From Octopus vulgaris (Eukaryota): a DNA stretch of 64,000 nt. The first letter of the stretch is position 1. Every line of letters begins with the position of its first letter. Shown here one piece after another: positions 26,275 through 40,770 of the stretch. The position numbers and the translations under genes were made by a program. The stretch lies in contig OX597821.1 of the NCBI GenBank assembly GCA_951406725.2, forward strand, positions 57,288,001 through 57,352,000. The letters are read 5' to 3'. The notes beneath the pieces were generated by a model. It searched no databases, was not told where the DNA came from, and saw nothing but the letters and a program-made list of their open reading frames with translations.

Positions 26275-26477
26275 CCCCCATCTTTCTCTCTGCTTTGTGA
26301 ATGAAGTTTTTGAAGGGGCTGGTCCACATTGTGTTTGTAGGTATGCATATGGCTGACAAGACCAATGCAGGATAAGCAACATTGACCGCAGTAGCTGCAG
26401 CTGAAGGTCAGGTCAGAATTTGATGACAAGGTTTTGTGATTCTTTCTCCTGTACGTTTTGTCTTTAAGATCGGCCAC
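26275..26477 (-). mobile_element. Non-LTR retrotransposon ORF C-terminal fragment
   Basis: FSCSYCGQCCLSCIGLVSHMHTY resembles the CxxC..SRIGLxSH terminal zinc-finger motif of some LINE ORF2 proteins. Confidence 0.6.
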
Positions 26478-27136
26478 AATTATCTTAGAGAGACAACTAA
26501 CTCAATACCAATGTTAATCTGCCTAGCTGAGACCAAGATAACATTCTTAATTCCAGCTTTCTTGTTTTGCACCCCATTTCACATTTCTTAATACTATTAT
26601 TCCAAAACAAATTGCGTAAATTTTATTATATCTCAGACAGTGATTATGCTGCAAGTAAACACTTGCACTGATTGAATGACTAACCAAATAGCTAATCAAT
26701 CAATTAATTAACTAGTCAAATGGTTGACCAATTGAGAAATAAATAGTAAAGAAGTGAAACTGAACCAGTGTGTGTGTGTTTATTATTGGCATGATGACCC
26801 ATCCCAAGATACAATGAAATAGATTTCAACCCAAAAGTTCACGTTAGAAATCTTGTATTCAGAATGCAAAACCAAAACACAAAGATACAACTATTGTCAA
26901 TCATTTCTGTAGTATTTATTTTATAAAACAGTATTCCATTTCTGCTTTTATAGTATTATGTGATAAATATTTATCGCCACAATATTTACAGTTATGTGCA
27001 TTGAAGCAAGCTGAGCAATATTTTATGGTTTTTACAGCGTCAGAAGACAAGTTTAAGAAATAAAAAAAAAGCTCACTCCACCAAAGAACTTTGAACCTTT
27101 TCAGTATTCTAAATTGTCTTATTATCTCTTTTACAG

Positions 27137-27219
27137 GTCCCAACTATTCAAACATTTTCACTGAAGATGGAGACTTTTCTGATCTTCCAGGGAAACTTTT
27201 GCTTTACTACAATGCAAAG
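27137..27219 (+). CDS. NBEAL1: NBEAL exon 8 (PNYSNIFTEDGDFSDLPGKLLLYYNAK)
   Basis: ttacag acceptor, gtaaaa donor, phase 1 to 0. Confidence 0.93.
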
Positions 27220-27299
27220 GTAAAAACGCTTCTAAATTTAAATTTGAAGCAGAAATAAACTTTAACTCTAATATCATTATAAATAAGAAAAATTATTAA

Positions 27300-27953
27300 C
27301 CCTTTCGTTACTGTATTTATTTTGAGATGCTCTGTGTTTCTTTCAATCAAATTTAAATATAACAAAGAATTTAGTAAAATAACCTAGTTATCATTCAGCT
27401 AGTGTTAGGAACATAAATTGTGACTAAGGTTTGGTGGAAGATTTTAAATCAAAACTTATGGAAACAAGACGTTTGTACTACAGACCCAGAGGTAGTTTCA
27501 GCCAGGTTGGTATCAAAAGTGTTAAGGCCCACCTTATTCTCTCTCCAATTTTAACCCTTTCGTTACTGTATTTATTTTGAGATGCTCTGTGTCTCTTTCA
27601 ATTAATTTTAAATATAACAAAGAATTTAGTAAAATAACTTAGTTATCATTAAGTTAGCGTTAGGAACATAAATTGTGACAAAGGTTTGGTGGAAGATTTT
27701 AATTCAAAACATTTGTACTACAGAGCCAGAGGCGGTTTCAGTCAGGTTGGTATTGAAAGGGTTAAAATACACTACCTTTGTTTCAATCAATGTTAGTAAT
27801 GATGAAGAATTTAGTAAAATAACTTTATCATTGTTAAACTGGTGTTTAGAATATGAATTAATATGAAATTTTTTATGGAAGGTTTTAATTCAGTTCATTT
27901 TAAAATAGGAAGCTTGTATCCTAGATCCATTGGTGGTCTTGTTACGAAAAGGG
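27300..27953. mobile_element. Three tandem piggyBac-like MITEs (27300-27521, 27555-27761, diverged ~27770-27953)
   Basis: TTAA-CCCTTTCGTTAC starts, GGG-TTAA (or gtg-TTAA) ends. Confidence 0.85.
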
Positions 27954-28382
27954 TTAAAGAAGGACCTTGACTCTTGTGAGATTCATTAATTTGGTTGTTT
28001 CTGGCTGACGAGACATGGCAATGTTGAAACACCAGATGTCCCAGAATCCCTTTTGTTAATGAACTGAGTGTGTTATGAACTCTCATTCATAGTATTAGAG
28101 GAATTGTTCTCCTGTGATGAAACAACGGCAAATAGCACATTTTTGTTTGATTCTATTGGAATGTATTCAGAATACAAAGTGAGTGTCTTAGCCACACATC
28201 CATGCCTACCCCTATTGCCAAAAAAGACAACAAAAATGGTAAAATTCCTGTCTGACACCACATTGATTATATTTAAACTGGTGATATTGTATTATATCAT
28301 AACTTTTCTAGTGATTTAAACACAAAAACAAGCATGTTCATGTATTACATTATATATTATATCTTTTTTTTTTAATATTCAG

Positions 28383-28472
28383 GCTTGTAAAGATGGTTTC
28401 TGTATTGATCTCTCTTTCAACCAAAACCATGGACAGCTACATGGCTACAAGTGTATCACATGGGATATCAAG
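28383..28472 (+). CDS. NBEAL1: NBEAL exon 9 (ACKDGFCIDLSFNQNHGQLHGYKCITWDIK)
   Basis: attcag acceptor, gtaaaa donor, phase 0 to 0. Confidence 0.93.
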
Positions 28473-31400
28473 GTAAAAAATCATAGAAATATTTAGTTGA
28501 AAATTTAATTTCATTTTTCTTGTATTCATATACTCTTTTACTTGTTTACTTGTTTCATTCATTTGACTGTGGCCATGCTGGAGCACCACCTTTAGTCAAG
28601 CAAATTGACCCCAGGACTTATTCTTTGTAAGCCTAGTACTTATTCTATCGCTCTCTTTTGCCAAACCTCTAAGTTACAGGGACATAAACACACCAGCATC
28701 AGTTGTCAAGCGATGTTGGGGGTCACAAACACAGACACATACATATATCCATATTTATATATATTTATATATATGCTTCTTTCAGTTTCCATCTACCAAA
28801 TCAACTCACAAGGCTTTGGTCGGCCCGAAGCTATAGTAGAAGGTGCCACGCAGTGGGACTGAACCCACAACCATGTGGTTGGTAAGCAAACTACTTACCA
28901 CACAACCACCATTGTGTTCTTTCACTGTTTAATGAATCTGAGCTGGCAGAATCGTTAGCATGCTGGGCAAAATGCTTAGTGGCATTTCATTTGTCTTTAC
29001 ATTCTGAGTTCAAATTCCACTGAAGTCGACTTTGCTTTTATTCTTTTGGGGCCAATAAAATAAGTACCAGTTGAACACTGGGGTTGATGTAATTGATTTA
29101 CCACCTCCCTCGGAATCGCTGGCCTTGTGCCAAAATTTGAAATTAGCATATTTGAAAGTACAAGCAGGAGAATGTGTACCCTATACACGCCTGTTTTTAG
29201 TTCATTTTGTTTTATCATTTGAATGTACAAAGTGAAAACTTTGGAGTAGCGAAGGAGAGAAATCATTAATTTAGAATGACTGAAAGAATAGATAAGTAAA
29301 TAAACGAATGAATGAATAAATATATGTCCCTCTTTCCCCATTGTCCTTGCATTCACCCTCTTATACCTTGAGGGTACATCCTGACACGTTATCACTGCCA
29401 TCTTCTTCTCTCCTTTTCCAGCTGGCCTAGCCTTGTATCTCCTCTACAGCAAGACACTTGTTTCTACCCCCCCCCCCCATCATACTCTTGCCTTTAGAAA
29501 ACTGGCATAAGCCAGCTCCCACAATACTACATCCTCGCTCAGACAGCGGGGTCTCGTCTTTCTAGCTACTTGATGACCTTACTGGTGTTGATGACACAGA
29601 AAGGCACACAGTCCACTATGTAAAGTGGTTGGTGTCAGGAAGAGCATCCAGCTGCAGAAGCCATGTCAAAGTCAAAACTGGCGTTGGAGCTTGACACTGA
29701 CCTTTGACCTGTCAGATTCTGTCAAATCATCTAACCCATGCCAGTATGGAATACGGATGCTAAATGATGATAATGCACACTACAGACACACATGCATGCA
29801 CACACACACACACACACATACACACAATATACATAATGTCCTTCCTAATGTAGGGCGTCCAGCCATAAAGAAGGGCATTTAGCCATAAAAACCACGTTAA
29901 ATCAGACAGTGGAGTTTGATGCAGTCCTCTGGCTTATGAGCTGATATCAAACTATCCAACCCATGCCCGCATGAAAGACATGTTAAACAATAATGGTGGT
30001 GATGGTGATACATACATACACACACACACACACACTTACACATGTTCTGTGTGTTTTGCATGAAAAATTGCCGAGCTTCTGGTGGTAAAGTTTCTTGTCA
30101 TTTTCCTGTTAACAAATTGCCTATTGGTTGTGTAATCTTGAAGGTGTGTGGCATCAGCAGTCCCTAACTTGCAAAACAAGAAAAGCTTAGCAATAAGGAA
30201 GGGCAATACCTCAGCAATATTTGTCTAACCCATACTTACAAGGAAAAGCAGATGCAAAATGAATAGTGGTGCCCCAGCATGGCCACAGCTCATGAGCTGA
30301 AACTAGATAAAATAAAATAAAAAGATAAAAAAATATGAACGAATGAGTGCCCCCCTCCATGCTCTCTCTCTCTCTCTCTCTCTCTCTCAGCCTATCTCTA
30401 TGTACTACATACTGCTCTGCCTGAGTTTCATTATGTACATTTGCTTCTCTCTGTTTTCAAGATGGACAATACTGACTAAGGAACTGAAAACCTCTTTTCT
30501 TTCACATACCTTTATCTTTAATCTTTTACTTCTTTCAACTGTTGAACTGTGGTCATGCTGGGGCGTCACGTTGAAAGGTTCTTAGCCAAACAAATCAGCC
30601 CCCTTTTTCTTTCTTTTTCTTCTTCTTAAGCCTACAACTTATTCCATTATTCTCTTTTTTGCCAAACCAGTAAGTTGCAGGGATGTAAACAAACCCACAC
30701 CAAGTGTCAGGTAGTGATGGTGTGACGGTGAAGAGGTCACCAGCATGAAGACAGACAGACATATGCACACGACACTCACACACACACTCACTCACATATG
30801 CACACAGACACTCACACACACACACATGCACACACACTCACATATGCACACAGACACACACACACATGTATACAAACACCTGGCTTCTACACAGTTTCTG
30901 TCTTCCAAAGTCGTCATTCAAAAGGCATTGGTCAGTCCAGGGCTATAGCAGAAGAAAACAACCAAGGTGTCATGCAGCAGGACTGAACCTGAAGCCATGA
31001 GGTTACAAAACGATCTTCTTGCCTGTGCAATGTTGTTAAAAGCAAATGTCAAAGATCCATGAAGAAAATTTATCTTTTTCACAAAACAAAATACATATAT
31101 AAAAAATTATAAAATATATAAAGTTTTCATTACATTAATGGCAAGGTAGACGAGCTAACAGGGGAACTATTAATCAATAATTTCTAAATAGAAACATCTA
31201 CAATTGATTTTAGTTTATATTTGTAGTTGGACAAGACATGCTATCTGTTTGGTCAGTCTATTTCTATAGGAAATATGTTCCAATTTCACTTTACAATTTA
31301 TGAGGGCACCAGGACAGCTGACTGTAAAACATCTGTTGCAACAGTATGCAATAGTATGTTTCTGTATGTCTATAATATATGTATGTGTATATTTTCCAGC

Positions 31401-31504
31401 AGTGCATTGTGGCCTTGAGCAAGATGTTTTATTTCACGTTGCTCCAGTCCACTCAGCTGGCAAAAATGAGTTGTACCTGTAATTCAAAAGGCCAGCTTTT
31501 ATTG

Positions 31505-32226
31505 AGTTCATTATTTACATTTGACGGGTATTTGTCCCGATCTTGTTTGTTATTAACACAATGTTTTGGCTGATATACCCTCCAGCCTTCAAACCTGGGT
31601 TGTCAAATTTCAAACCTGGGTTGTCATTCCTAAGGTATTTTTCGATATAATTATTATTATTATTATTATTATTATTGAGAGAGCAATGCATGCCATCAAA
31701 GTGACACTTGGGTAAAATATACGAAGCCCAGTATACCCATCATGACTACCCATCTGATAAGGGTACACTAGGTACATGCATCACAACCATATGTGCGTGA
31801 CATGGTGATCTCATATCAAGATAAACAGCACATGACCTTGCAGGTGGGGCCCAGTTAGAATCTTCTTCTGGTCAAGTAACCCATCCCACTCAAAAGGTTC
31901 CTGAATAAGGGTTGTTTAAGGATGTTGAACGAAACACCCATGTTTCCAGAGGTGAATTATTCAAACCCCAAAGAATCCCTCTCAACACATGGCTAAGATG
32001 CTCCCCAACTACTTCTGCTCATGATCAGAGATGCACATATCATCAGCCACTAAAGGACATGCTCAACTGGTTACGGTCAAACAACTGACAAGCAAATCTG
32101 TGGTATTGAGTAGAATATTTGCTGTAGCCCATCTTTTATACCAAAATAAAACAATGTACATGATAACACTTCCAATCAGTTAAGATCAGAAGCCACGAGA
32201 GCCACTGCCTGGTACTGCATCAGGGC

Positions 32227-32275
<49 letters not shown>

Positions 32276-32355
32276 GTTATTATTCAGGTCACTGCCTGGA
32301 ATCGAACTCGGAATCCTGGGGTTAGTAGCCCGTGCTCTTAACCACTACGCCATAC
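31505..32355 (-). mobile_element. tRNA-headed SINE with central (TAA)n, interrupted by a ~550-bp insertion
   Basis: Minus-strand head gtatggcgtagtggttaagagcacgggctactaaccccaggattccgagttcgattcc has clear A and B boxes. Confidence 0.75.
31677..32229. mobile_element. Unclassified ~550-bp element inserted between two (TTA)n tracts
   Basis: Non-coding, sharply bounded by TTA repeats on both sides, no TIRs. Confidence 0.6.
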
Positions 32356-32614
32356 ATTATTTTGACTTGTTTGAAAAGATACTTGCTTTCATTTGCCTAA
32401 TTAGTAAAATAATCAGGCACAAACATAAATGAACTAAATGTTTCAGGCCTCTTTGTCTTGACTGAGTTCAAATTCTACCAAGGGTAGTTTTCAAGGTCTT
32501 TAACATAAATATCTGTTCTACACTGGTGTCAGTACCTCTGGCTATATAATCTTGTTTTAAAAGTGTTGCACTCATGCCTAATGACATAAAGAATATCTTT
32601 ATTTTCTATTACAG

Positions 32615-32804
32615 GATGTGATCAACTGTATTGGTGGTATTCAGATTTTGTTTCCCTTACTTGAACATATCAACAAATGTCATCATTTATCTGCTGAAGT
32701 CCTTGAAGCTGGCATGGATAACAACTTCAATCGTAACCCTATAGAGAGGTCTGTTTCAGATCCAAATGAAGAATGGGTTTTGGTTCAGCATAGTTCTTCA
32801 ACAG
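32615..32804 (+). CDS. NBEAL1: NBEAL exon 10 (DVINCIGGIQILFPLLE...HSSST)
   Basis: ttacag acceptor, gtacag donor, phase 0 to 1; IGG-Q-LFPL motif of BEACH-family proteins. Confidence 0.95.
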
Positions 32805-33988
32805 GTACAGCCTTACCATATCTATTTCATTTTACTATTCAATCAGTTTTATTATTTACATTTTAGCTTTGAGGCCAAAAGTTTAACGCGAAAAGCATGA
32901 TATTTGTCTCTTCCTCTCAGTTTTTGTATTATTGGCACAGACATGGCTGTGTGTTAAGAAGTTTGCTTCCAGATCATGTGGTTTTGGGTTCACCCCCACT
33001 GTATGGCACTTTGAGCAGATGTCTTCTACAACAGCCTTGAGCTGACCAAAGCCTTGTAAATGGATTTGGTAGATGAAAACTGTAAGAAGCCCAATTTGTG
33101 TGTGTGTTAGTGATTTTGTATCTATATGTTTGTGTTACATGTTGATTGTAAACAAAGCTCAATTTTATGGTGTTTTGTTTCCAGTTCTCTTTGTAAACAC
33201 GTCTGGGTTTTTTGTTGTTCCATAAACTGGGAAATTATTACTTCACTTGAAAACCAGTGAGGGTTGACAACAGGAAAGGCATCCAACCAAAAAATACCCT
33301 GCCCCACCATATTCTCGTCAGAAACATGCAAACATAGAAATGATGATGGTGGCAACAGCATTGCTGCCATTGTTGGAATGATAAACTCTCAAGATTTGAA
33401 TGAGGAACTTGTCTTCTTATTTTACAGTATTAACTGAATTTTTTCAGAAAATTTTATTTATATTTTATATATACTCTTTTACTTGTTTCAATCATTTGAC
33501 TGTGGCCATGCTGGAGCAAATGCCTTTAGTCGAGCAAATCGACCCCAGGACTTATTCTTTGTAAGCCTAGTACTTATTCCATCGGTCTCTTTTGCTGATC
33601 CGCTAAGTTATGGGGGGGGGCAAACACAGGCTCACAAACATATACACACACATACATACATATATATATATATATATATGACGGGTTTCTTTCAGTTTTC
33701 ATCTACCAAATCCACATTTAAGGCTTTGGTCGGCCCGAGACTATAGTAGAAGACATTTGCCCAAGGTACCATGCAGTGGGAATGAATCCGGAACCATGTG
33801 GTTGGTAAGCAAGCTACTTACCTCACAGCCACTGACAAAATATTGATCAGATATGACTTTTTAAAGAATCTATTTTCATCCATCTGTCCATCTTCTTCAC
33901 CCATTATTCCTGGGAGGAAATTCATCATTTGTATGATGGTGGTGCTCATTTACAACTATTACTCAAAGCAAGGAGACAGTAAGACACA

Positions 33989-34020
<32 letters not shown>

Positions 34021-34234
34021 TACTCCCACATACACATTCCCCCCACATATATATAATGGCCTTCTTTCAGTTTCTGTCTACTAAATCCTCTCAGGAAAAA
34101 CCATAGTAAAAGACACTTGCTCAATGTGCCACACAGTGGGACTGAACTGGAAATCTTATTACTAGGAAGCAAAATTCTTGCAACACAGCCTTGCCTACTT
34201 TCTTATTGAGTGATCGGTTACATTTATTTTTCAG

Positions 34235-34368
34235 ATGCCAAGCTGGAGCAGAATCAGGTGGCAGCATTCCTAACTTTATTAAGGAACATGCTTCAGACCA
34301 AAACCAAAAACCAAGATTCTTTTATCCGAACACATGGTGCTGCAACTGTTGGAGCTTTGCTGCAAAAG
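34235..34368 (+). CDS. NBEAL1: NBEAL exon 11 (AKLEQNQVAAFL...HGAATVGALLQK)
   Basis: tttcag acceptor, gtgaca donor, phase 1 to 0. Confidence 0.94.
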
Positions 34369-34628
34369 GTGACATGCTTCCTTCTCATTATTATTTTATT
34401 TGTTAAGGCAGAGCGCTAGCAGAATCGTTAGCACACCAGGTGAAATGCTTAGCGGTATTTCATCTGTCTTTATGTTCTGAGTTCAAATTCCACCAAAGTT
34501 GACATTGCCTTTCATCCTTTTGGGGTCAATAAATCAAGTAGCAGTTACATACCAGGGTCAGGGTCAATCTAATCAACTGGCCCCTGCTCCCCAAAAGTTT
34601 CAGGCCTTGTGCCTAGAGTAGAGAAGAA

Positions 34629-34755
34629 TATTCTCATTTGTGAGAGCAGTCGAGTTTATTTCAGATATTTTCATTTTTAAAATCATCCCTGGCTAATCGT
34701 TGAGAAGACATGGTGTTGCCTTGGTGGAGGTTTGCACTCTCTGAGTGCTCTTGTT
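34629..34755 (+). mobile_element. 3' fragment of Helentron-type non-autonomous element
   Basis: Matches 54145-54276, including the gcactc-tct-gagtgc hairpin. Confidence 0.65.
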
Positions 34756-36058
34756 GTTATTGCTTTTATTTTTATTATTATTATTATCATCATTATTATT
34801 ATTATTATTATTATTATTAAGGTGTTGAGCTGGCAGAATCATTACTACATTGGAGGAAATACTTAGCATTTCTTCTAGCTTTACATTCTGAGTTCAAATC
34901 CTGCTAAAATCAACTTTGTGCTTCATCTTTGTGGGGTCAGTAGAGTAAGTATCAGTCAAGCACCAGAGTCGATGTAATTGACTTACTCCTTCCCCTAAAA
35001 ACTGCTGGCCTTGTGCCAAAATTTGAAACCATTATTGTTATTATTATTAAAGCAGTGAGCTGGCAGAATCATTAGCATGCTGGGCAGATTATCCATCTTT
35101 ACGATCTTTTTGTGGATGGTGACACAAGTACCAGTTGAGCATTGGAGTTGATGTAATCCACTACCCATTCCACAAAATTTCAGGCCTTGTGCCAAAATTT
35201 GAAACCGTTATTATTTTATATGTTAAAGGTTGTTGTTGTTTAACCTTCGTTTAGACTCAGTAGAGAAACCTGTGATAGTAATCAATCCAGCCATGATTAT
35301 ACCATCTGTTTCATAGGCAAGGTGTACCCAGGACTACATTATGGATTGATTTGAGTGCTGGCATGGGTTGATGAATTGTTCCACCCATGCCAGCATGGAA
35401 AACAGAAATTAATTGGTGATGATGATGATGGTAAAAACCGGTCTTTCAAGAGCACAGAAGCGAGATAGACTGAGGGAAAGGTGGAGGGGACAGGTGAAGG
35501 AGGAGATTGGGAAGGTTGGTTTGGAAAAAGAGGATGCCCCAAACCAGGCAAGATGGTGTGAGGGCAGTTGCTATGGCATTGAGGTAGATCCAGCCACCCC
35601 TGTTAACTGGGAAAAAACCTGGATTTAAAACATTGGATGATAACTAAACATAAAACGTATGTGTGTGTGTGTGTGTATTACACTTGTATTTTATGTGTGC
35701 TACTTTTAAGCAAATATATCCACATATGTATTTTTTTTTTCTATACCATGTCCTTTTAAATATGTATTCAATCAAGATTTACTCTCAATCAAAGAAATTG
35801 CTGTTTGCTATTTTGACGTAGTCTTCCCGATCATTTTCTTTTATCATCATCTTCATTGCTTTCATCATTACCATCATGTTTGCTACTTATTACCACCACC
35901 ACCACCATCACTACAGCTACCACATCTACCACCATTACAACCTCAACCACCACATCACGACTACCACCACCACTGTCGCCATCATTTCCATTACCTCTAT
36001 CATCACTACACCGTTGCCTTTGATTGCTAATTGCAATGTTTTATCTTGTGATTTTCAG

Positions 36059-36215
36059 GTGAACTCTGAGCTGATTGATGTCCATGTACTGATGGCTGTT
36101 CAACTTCTCGTTGAAGCAGCTGCGACCACCAACACCATGCTACTACGCCACCTCTACCAGTTTATATTATTTGATTTCAGAGTTTGGAGCCGGAGTGACT
36201 TTCCAGTTCGGATAG
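36059..36215 (+). CDS. NBEAL1: NBEAL exon 12 (VNSELIDVHVLMAVQLLVE...FDFRVWSRSDFPVRI), DUF4704 region
   Basis: tttcag acceptor, gtaagt donor, phase 0 to 1. Confidence 0.96.
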
Positions 36216-36660
36216 GTAAGTAATTTCCTATTAACCAGTCTGACCCCAAATTACCAGTTGAACCCCAAATTAACTAATCTGATTACTCATTACTCAAATG
36301 TTGTTATTGGTATTTAACCCCAGATCAACATTTGATCAGGTAGATTTAGGATCCAGTTTTATTTCAGCCTTTTTAGAACAATGTTGTGTGTGTGTGTGTG
36401 TCATGGTCTTGACATCGCATGGTTGTTGTAAATGAGTGTCACTGTTACACAAGCAGTGTCGTTCATTTCCAACATATATCAAGAACATATCTGGCCATGG
36501 AGAAATATAGTGACCAAGAAGGGTATGCCGTTGTAGAAAATCACTTCATCATTTTACTTGTCAGATCTTGAATTATTTTGGAATGAAGAAAGCAAATTTG
36601 GAACAGGGTTTAGCAGAATAGAAACAACTTGTTTTTCTTTTTCACATTTATAGGTTACAG

Positions 36661-38086
36661 CAGCGGTTCTCAACCATCTTTTACTTATAAGCCCCTTTAA
36701 TTCCAATTTTAATTCCTCAACGGGATCAATGCCAGGGCCCCCTGACTGGCTCCCATGCCTGTGGCATGTAAAAAGCACCATCTGAATGTGGCCAATGCCA
36801 GTGCCCTTTTACTGGCTCTTGTGCCAGTGGCACATAAAAAAGCACTATTCAAACGTGATCAATGCCAGGCCTGTCTGACTGGCTCCTGTGCCAGTGGCAC
36901 ATAAAAAGCATCCATTACACTCTTGGAATGGTTGGCATTAGGAAGAGCATCCAGCTGTAGAAACATTGCCAGATCAGATTGGAGCCAGGTGCAGCCACCT
37001 GGTTTGCCAGTCCCTGGTCAAACCATCCAACCCATGCCAACATGGAAAATGGACGTTAAATGATGATGATGACGATGGCTATTTGAGGTTTAAAACTCCG
37101 ATCATAACAGGAGCATTCTGTCGATTATGATGACAAGGGTCCCAGCTGATACGATCAATGGAACAGCTTGCTTGTGAAATTAACGTGCAAGTGGCTGAGC
37201 ACTCCACAGACATGTGTACCCCTAACATAGTTCTCAGGGAGATTCATCATGACACAGAGTGTGACACAGTTGACCCTTTAAGATACAAGTACCACTCATA
37301 TTTGCCAACTGAGTGAACTGGAGCAACATGAAATAAGTGTCTTGCTCAAGGACACAACGCATCACCAGGAATTGAACCTTACAATCATGAGTCGAATGCC
37401 CTAACCACTAGTCACATGCCTTCACACTCCTATTATACTTCTATATTTAAGTATTATTAGGAATTATATACTCTTTTGCTTGTTTCCGTCATTTTGACTG
37501 TGGCCATGCTGGAGCACCACCTTTAGTCAAGCAGATCGACCCCAGGACTTATTCTTTGTAAGCCTAGTACTTATTCTGTCGGTCTCTTTTCTGCCGAACT
37601 GCTAAGTTACGGGACGTAAACACACCAACATATACACACACATACATATGACAATTACGATGGCTGCATAAATGATAAACAGAATGTTATTAAATATTTA
37701 AAAAAAAAAGGTTAGTAGATTCGACATCAAAGGCAGATACTAGAAAGAGAAGGGTTAAAGAAATAATAAGTCTTGTTATAATGTCTTGTTGTTGAGATGA
37801 GCTCTCTTTCTTTCCTGATGAGAAGATTGCATTTTATACCGTTTATTCCTTTGGAATAAAACCAATGTTGTCTTCAAAACATATGTCGAAAGTAAAAGAA
37901 TTTTAATATCATCTGCATTCAACTCCATTTATTTACTTATACTACACAAATTACTGCACATTAACCCAGAATTTCTACCTTTGAATAGATCGCTTCATCC
38001 GTGTTACTTGCGTGAATTTAGCTACCCTGGTAACTGTTTATTGAATTTTCCATGTTAACAGTAAACAAAGGATAATTCATTCATCC

Positions 38087-38131
<45 letters not shown>

Positions 38132-38431
38132 TACACATACACAACGTGCCTTCTTTCAGTTTGCGTCTACCAAATCCACTCACAAGGCTTTGGTTGGCCC
38201 AAGGCTATAATAGAAGACACTTGCCCAAGGTGCCACAACAGTGGGACTGAACCCAGAACCCCGTGGTTGGTAAGCAAGCTACTTACCACACAGCCACTCC
38301 TGCTAAAGTGTTTTGTGTTGTAGAAGTATAACAGATTTATTGCAGATAATTTCAACAAGAAAATCCTATATGGACCCTGAATAGATATAGGGACCCCTAA
38401 GTGTGGTATGGACCCTGGTAGAGAACCACTG
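36661..38431. mobile_element. hAT-like MITE with multiple nested insertions (RTE tail, SINE E, SINE B)
   Basis: Termini cagcggttctcaacc and ggtagagaaccactg; subterminal ggaccc repeats. Confidence 0.6.
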
Positions 38432-39127
38432 GACTGTAGGATTAGACATAGCTGTGTGCTTAAAAAGCCTGCTTTACAACTGCTATGTCTGCAATGTCCA
38501 AATTCACTGACAAGGCATTGGTCAGTTTGTAGTTTTTGCAGAAGACACTAGCTCAAGGCACTGTACAGTGGAGGACTGAACCTGAAACTATGTGGTTGCA
38601 AAGCAAGCTTCCTAACGATATAGCCATGCTTGCACCTACCTTTTATTTTTTGTTTCAGTCATTAGACTGCGACCATGCTGGGGCACTGCCTTGAAGAAAT
38701 TTAGTTGAGCTAATTGGAACCCCCCCCACCCCCCAGCACTTATTATCTTAAGCCTGGTACTTGTTTTATCAGTTTGTTTTGCTGAACTGCTAAGTTACAG
38801 GGATGTAAACACACCAACACCAGTTGCCAAATGGTGATGGGGAACAAATACACACAAATATGTACAACGGGCTTCTTTCAGTTTCCGTCTACCAGATTCA
38901 CTTGCAAGGCTTTGATCAATCCAGGGCTATAGTAGAATACACTTGCCCAAGGTGCCATGCAGTGAGACTGAACTTGGAACCATGTGGTTGAGAAGCAAGC
39001 TTCTTACCACACAGCCACATCTGCACCTTTTATTTCTTTTTTCTTTTTTTTTTTCTTAATATTTCTTCAGCCTGTTTGATTCACAGAACCATTTATTAAG
39101 CATTAGCAGATGTAGATTTTGTTTCAC

Positions 39128-39669
<542 letters not shown>

Positions 39670-39714
39670 TAATAATGATAATAATAATAATAATAATAAT
39701 AATAATCCTTTCTG

Positions 39715-40082
39715 CTATAGGCACAAGGCCTGAAATTTTGGGGGATAGGGAAAGTCGATTACATTGGCCCCGGTAAAATTTGAACTCTGAATGTAAGGAC
39801 GGATGAAATGCCACTAAGTATTTTTCCTGGTGTGCTCACAATTCTGCCAGTGCACCACCTTAATCATCATCATCATCATCATCATCATCATTTAACATCC
39901 GTTTTCTGCGCTAGCACGGGTTGGACGGTTCGACCGGGGTCTGGGAAGCCAGGGGCTGCACCAGGCTCCAGTCTGATCTGGCAGTGTTTCTACAGCTGGA
40001 TGCCCTTCCTAACGCCAACCACTCCGCGAGTATAGTGGGTGCTTTTTACGTGCCACCGGCACAGGTGCCGGGGGAGTCTGGC

Positions 40083-40125
<43 letters not shown>

Positions 40126-40770
40126 TGATGATGATGATTCTTTCTATTATAATGCAGAGGACCTGAAATTTTTGGGGAAGGGGTCTAGCTGATGACCTCA
40201 GCCCCAGTTCGCGATTGATGCTTTTTTTGATTCTGGAAAGATAGATGATTAAAGTCATTCTCAATGACATTTGAATTCATGAAACCAGAACTGCTGCCAT
40301 GCATTTCCTCCAGTTTGGTAATGGTTCTGCCAGCTCACTGCCATGATGATGATGATGACGACAACAATGACAATGATAGTTCTTTCTATTATAGGCACAA
40401 GGCCTGAAGTTCTTTGGAATGGCTATTGGATTATATCTATTCTAGTGCTCAGCTGGTACTTATTTCACCATCCCCAAAAGGATCATAAAGATGGACAAAA
40501 TGCTGCTAAGAATTTTGTCCAGCATGCTAATGATTCTGCCATCTCATTGCTTTAATAATGATAATAATCCTTTCTACTATAGGCACAAGGCCTGAAATAT
40601 GGGGGAGGGGACTAGTTGATTACATTGACCCCAGTGTTTCATCAACCCTGAAAGGATGAAAGGCAAAGTCGACCTTGGTGGAATTTGATCTTGGAACATA
40701 GCGACAGATAAAATACGATTTAGCATTTTGTCCAGTGTGCTAACGATTCTGCAAGTTCACCATCTTTTTA
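39715..40770 (-). mobile_element. Array of about four SINE family C copies separated by (TAA)n/(TGA)n
   Basis: Repeated aataatcctttctactataggcacaaggcctgaaat starts. Confidence 0.75.

Noticed and set aside
32291-32355. tRNA-like sequence on minus strand (apparent ACT anticodon)
   Set aside because: No acceptor stem; it is the head of a SINE. The same applies to the other A/B-box sequences in the window.
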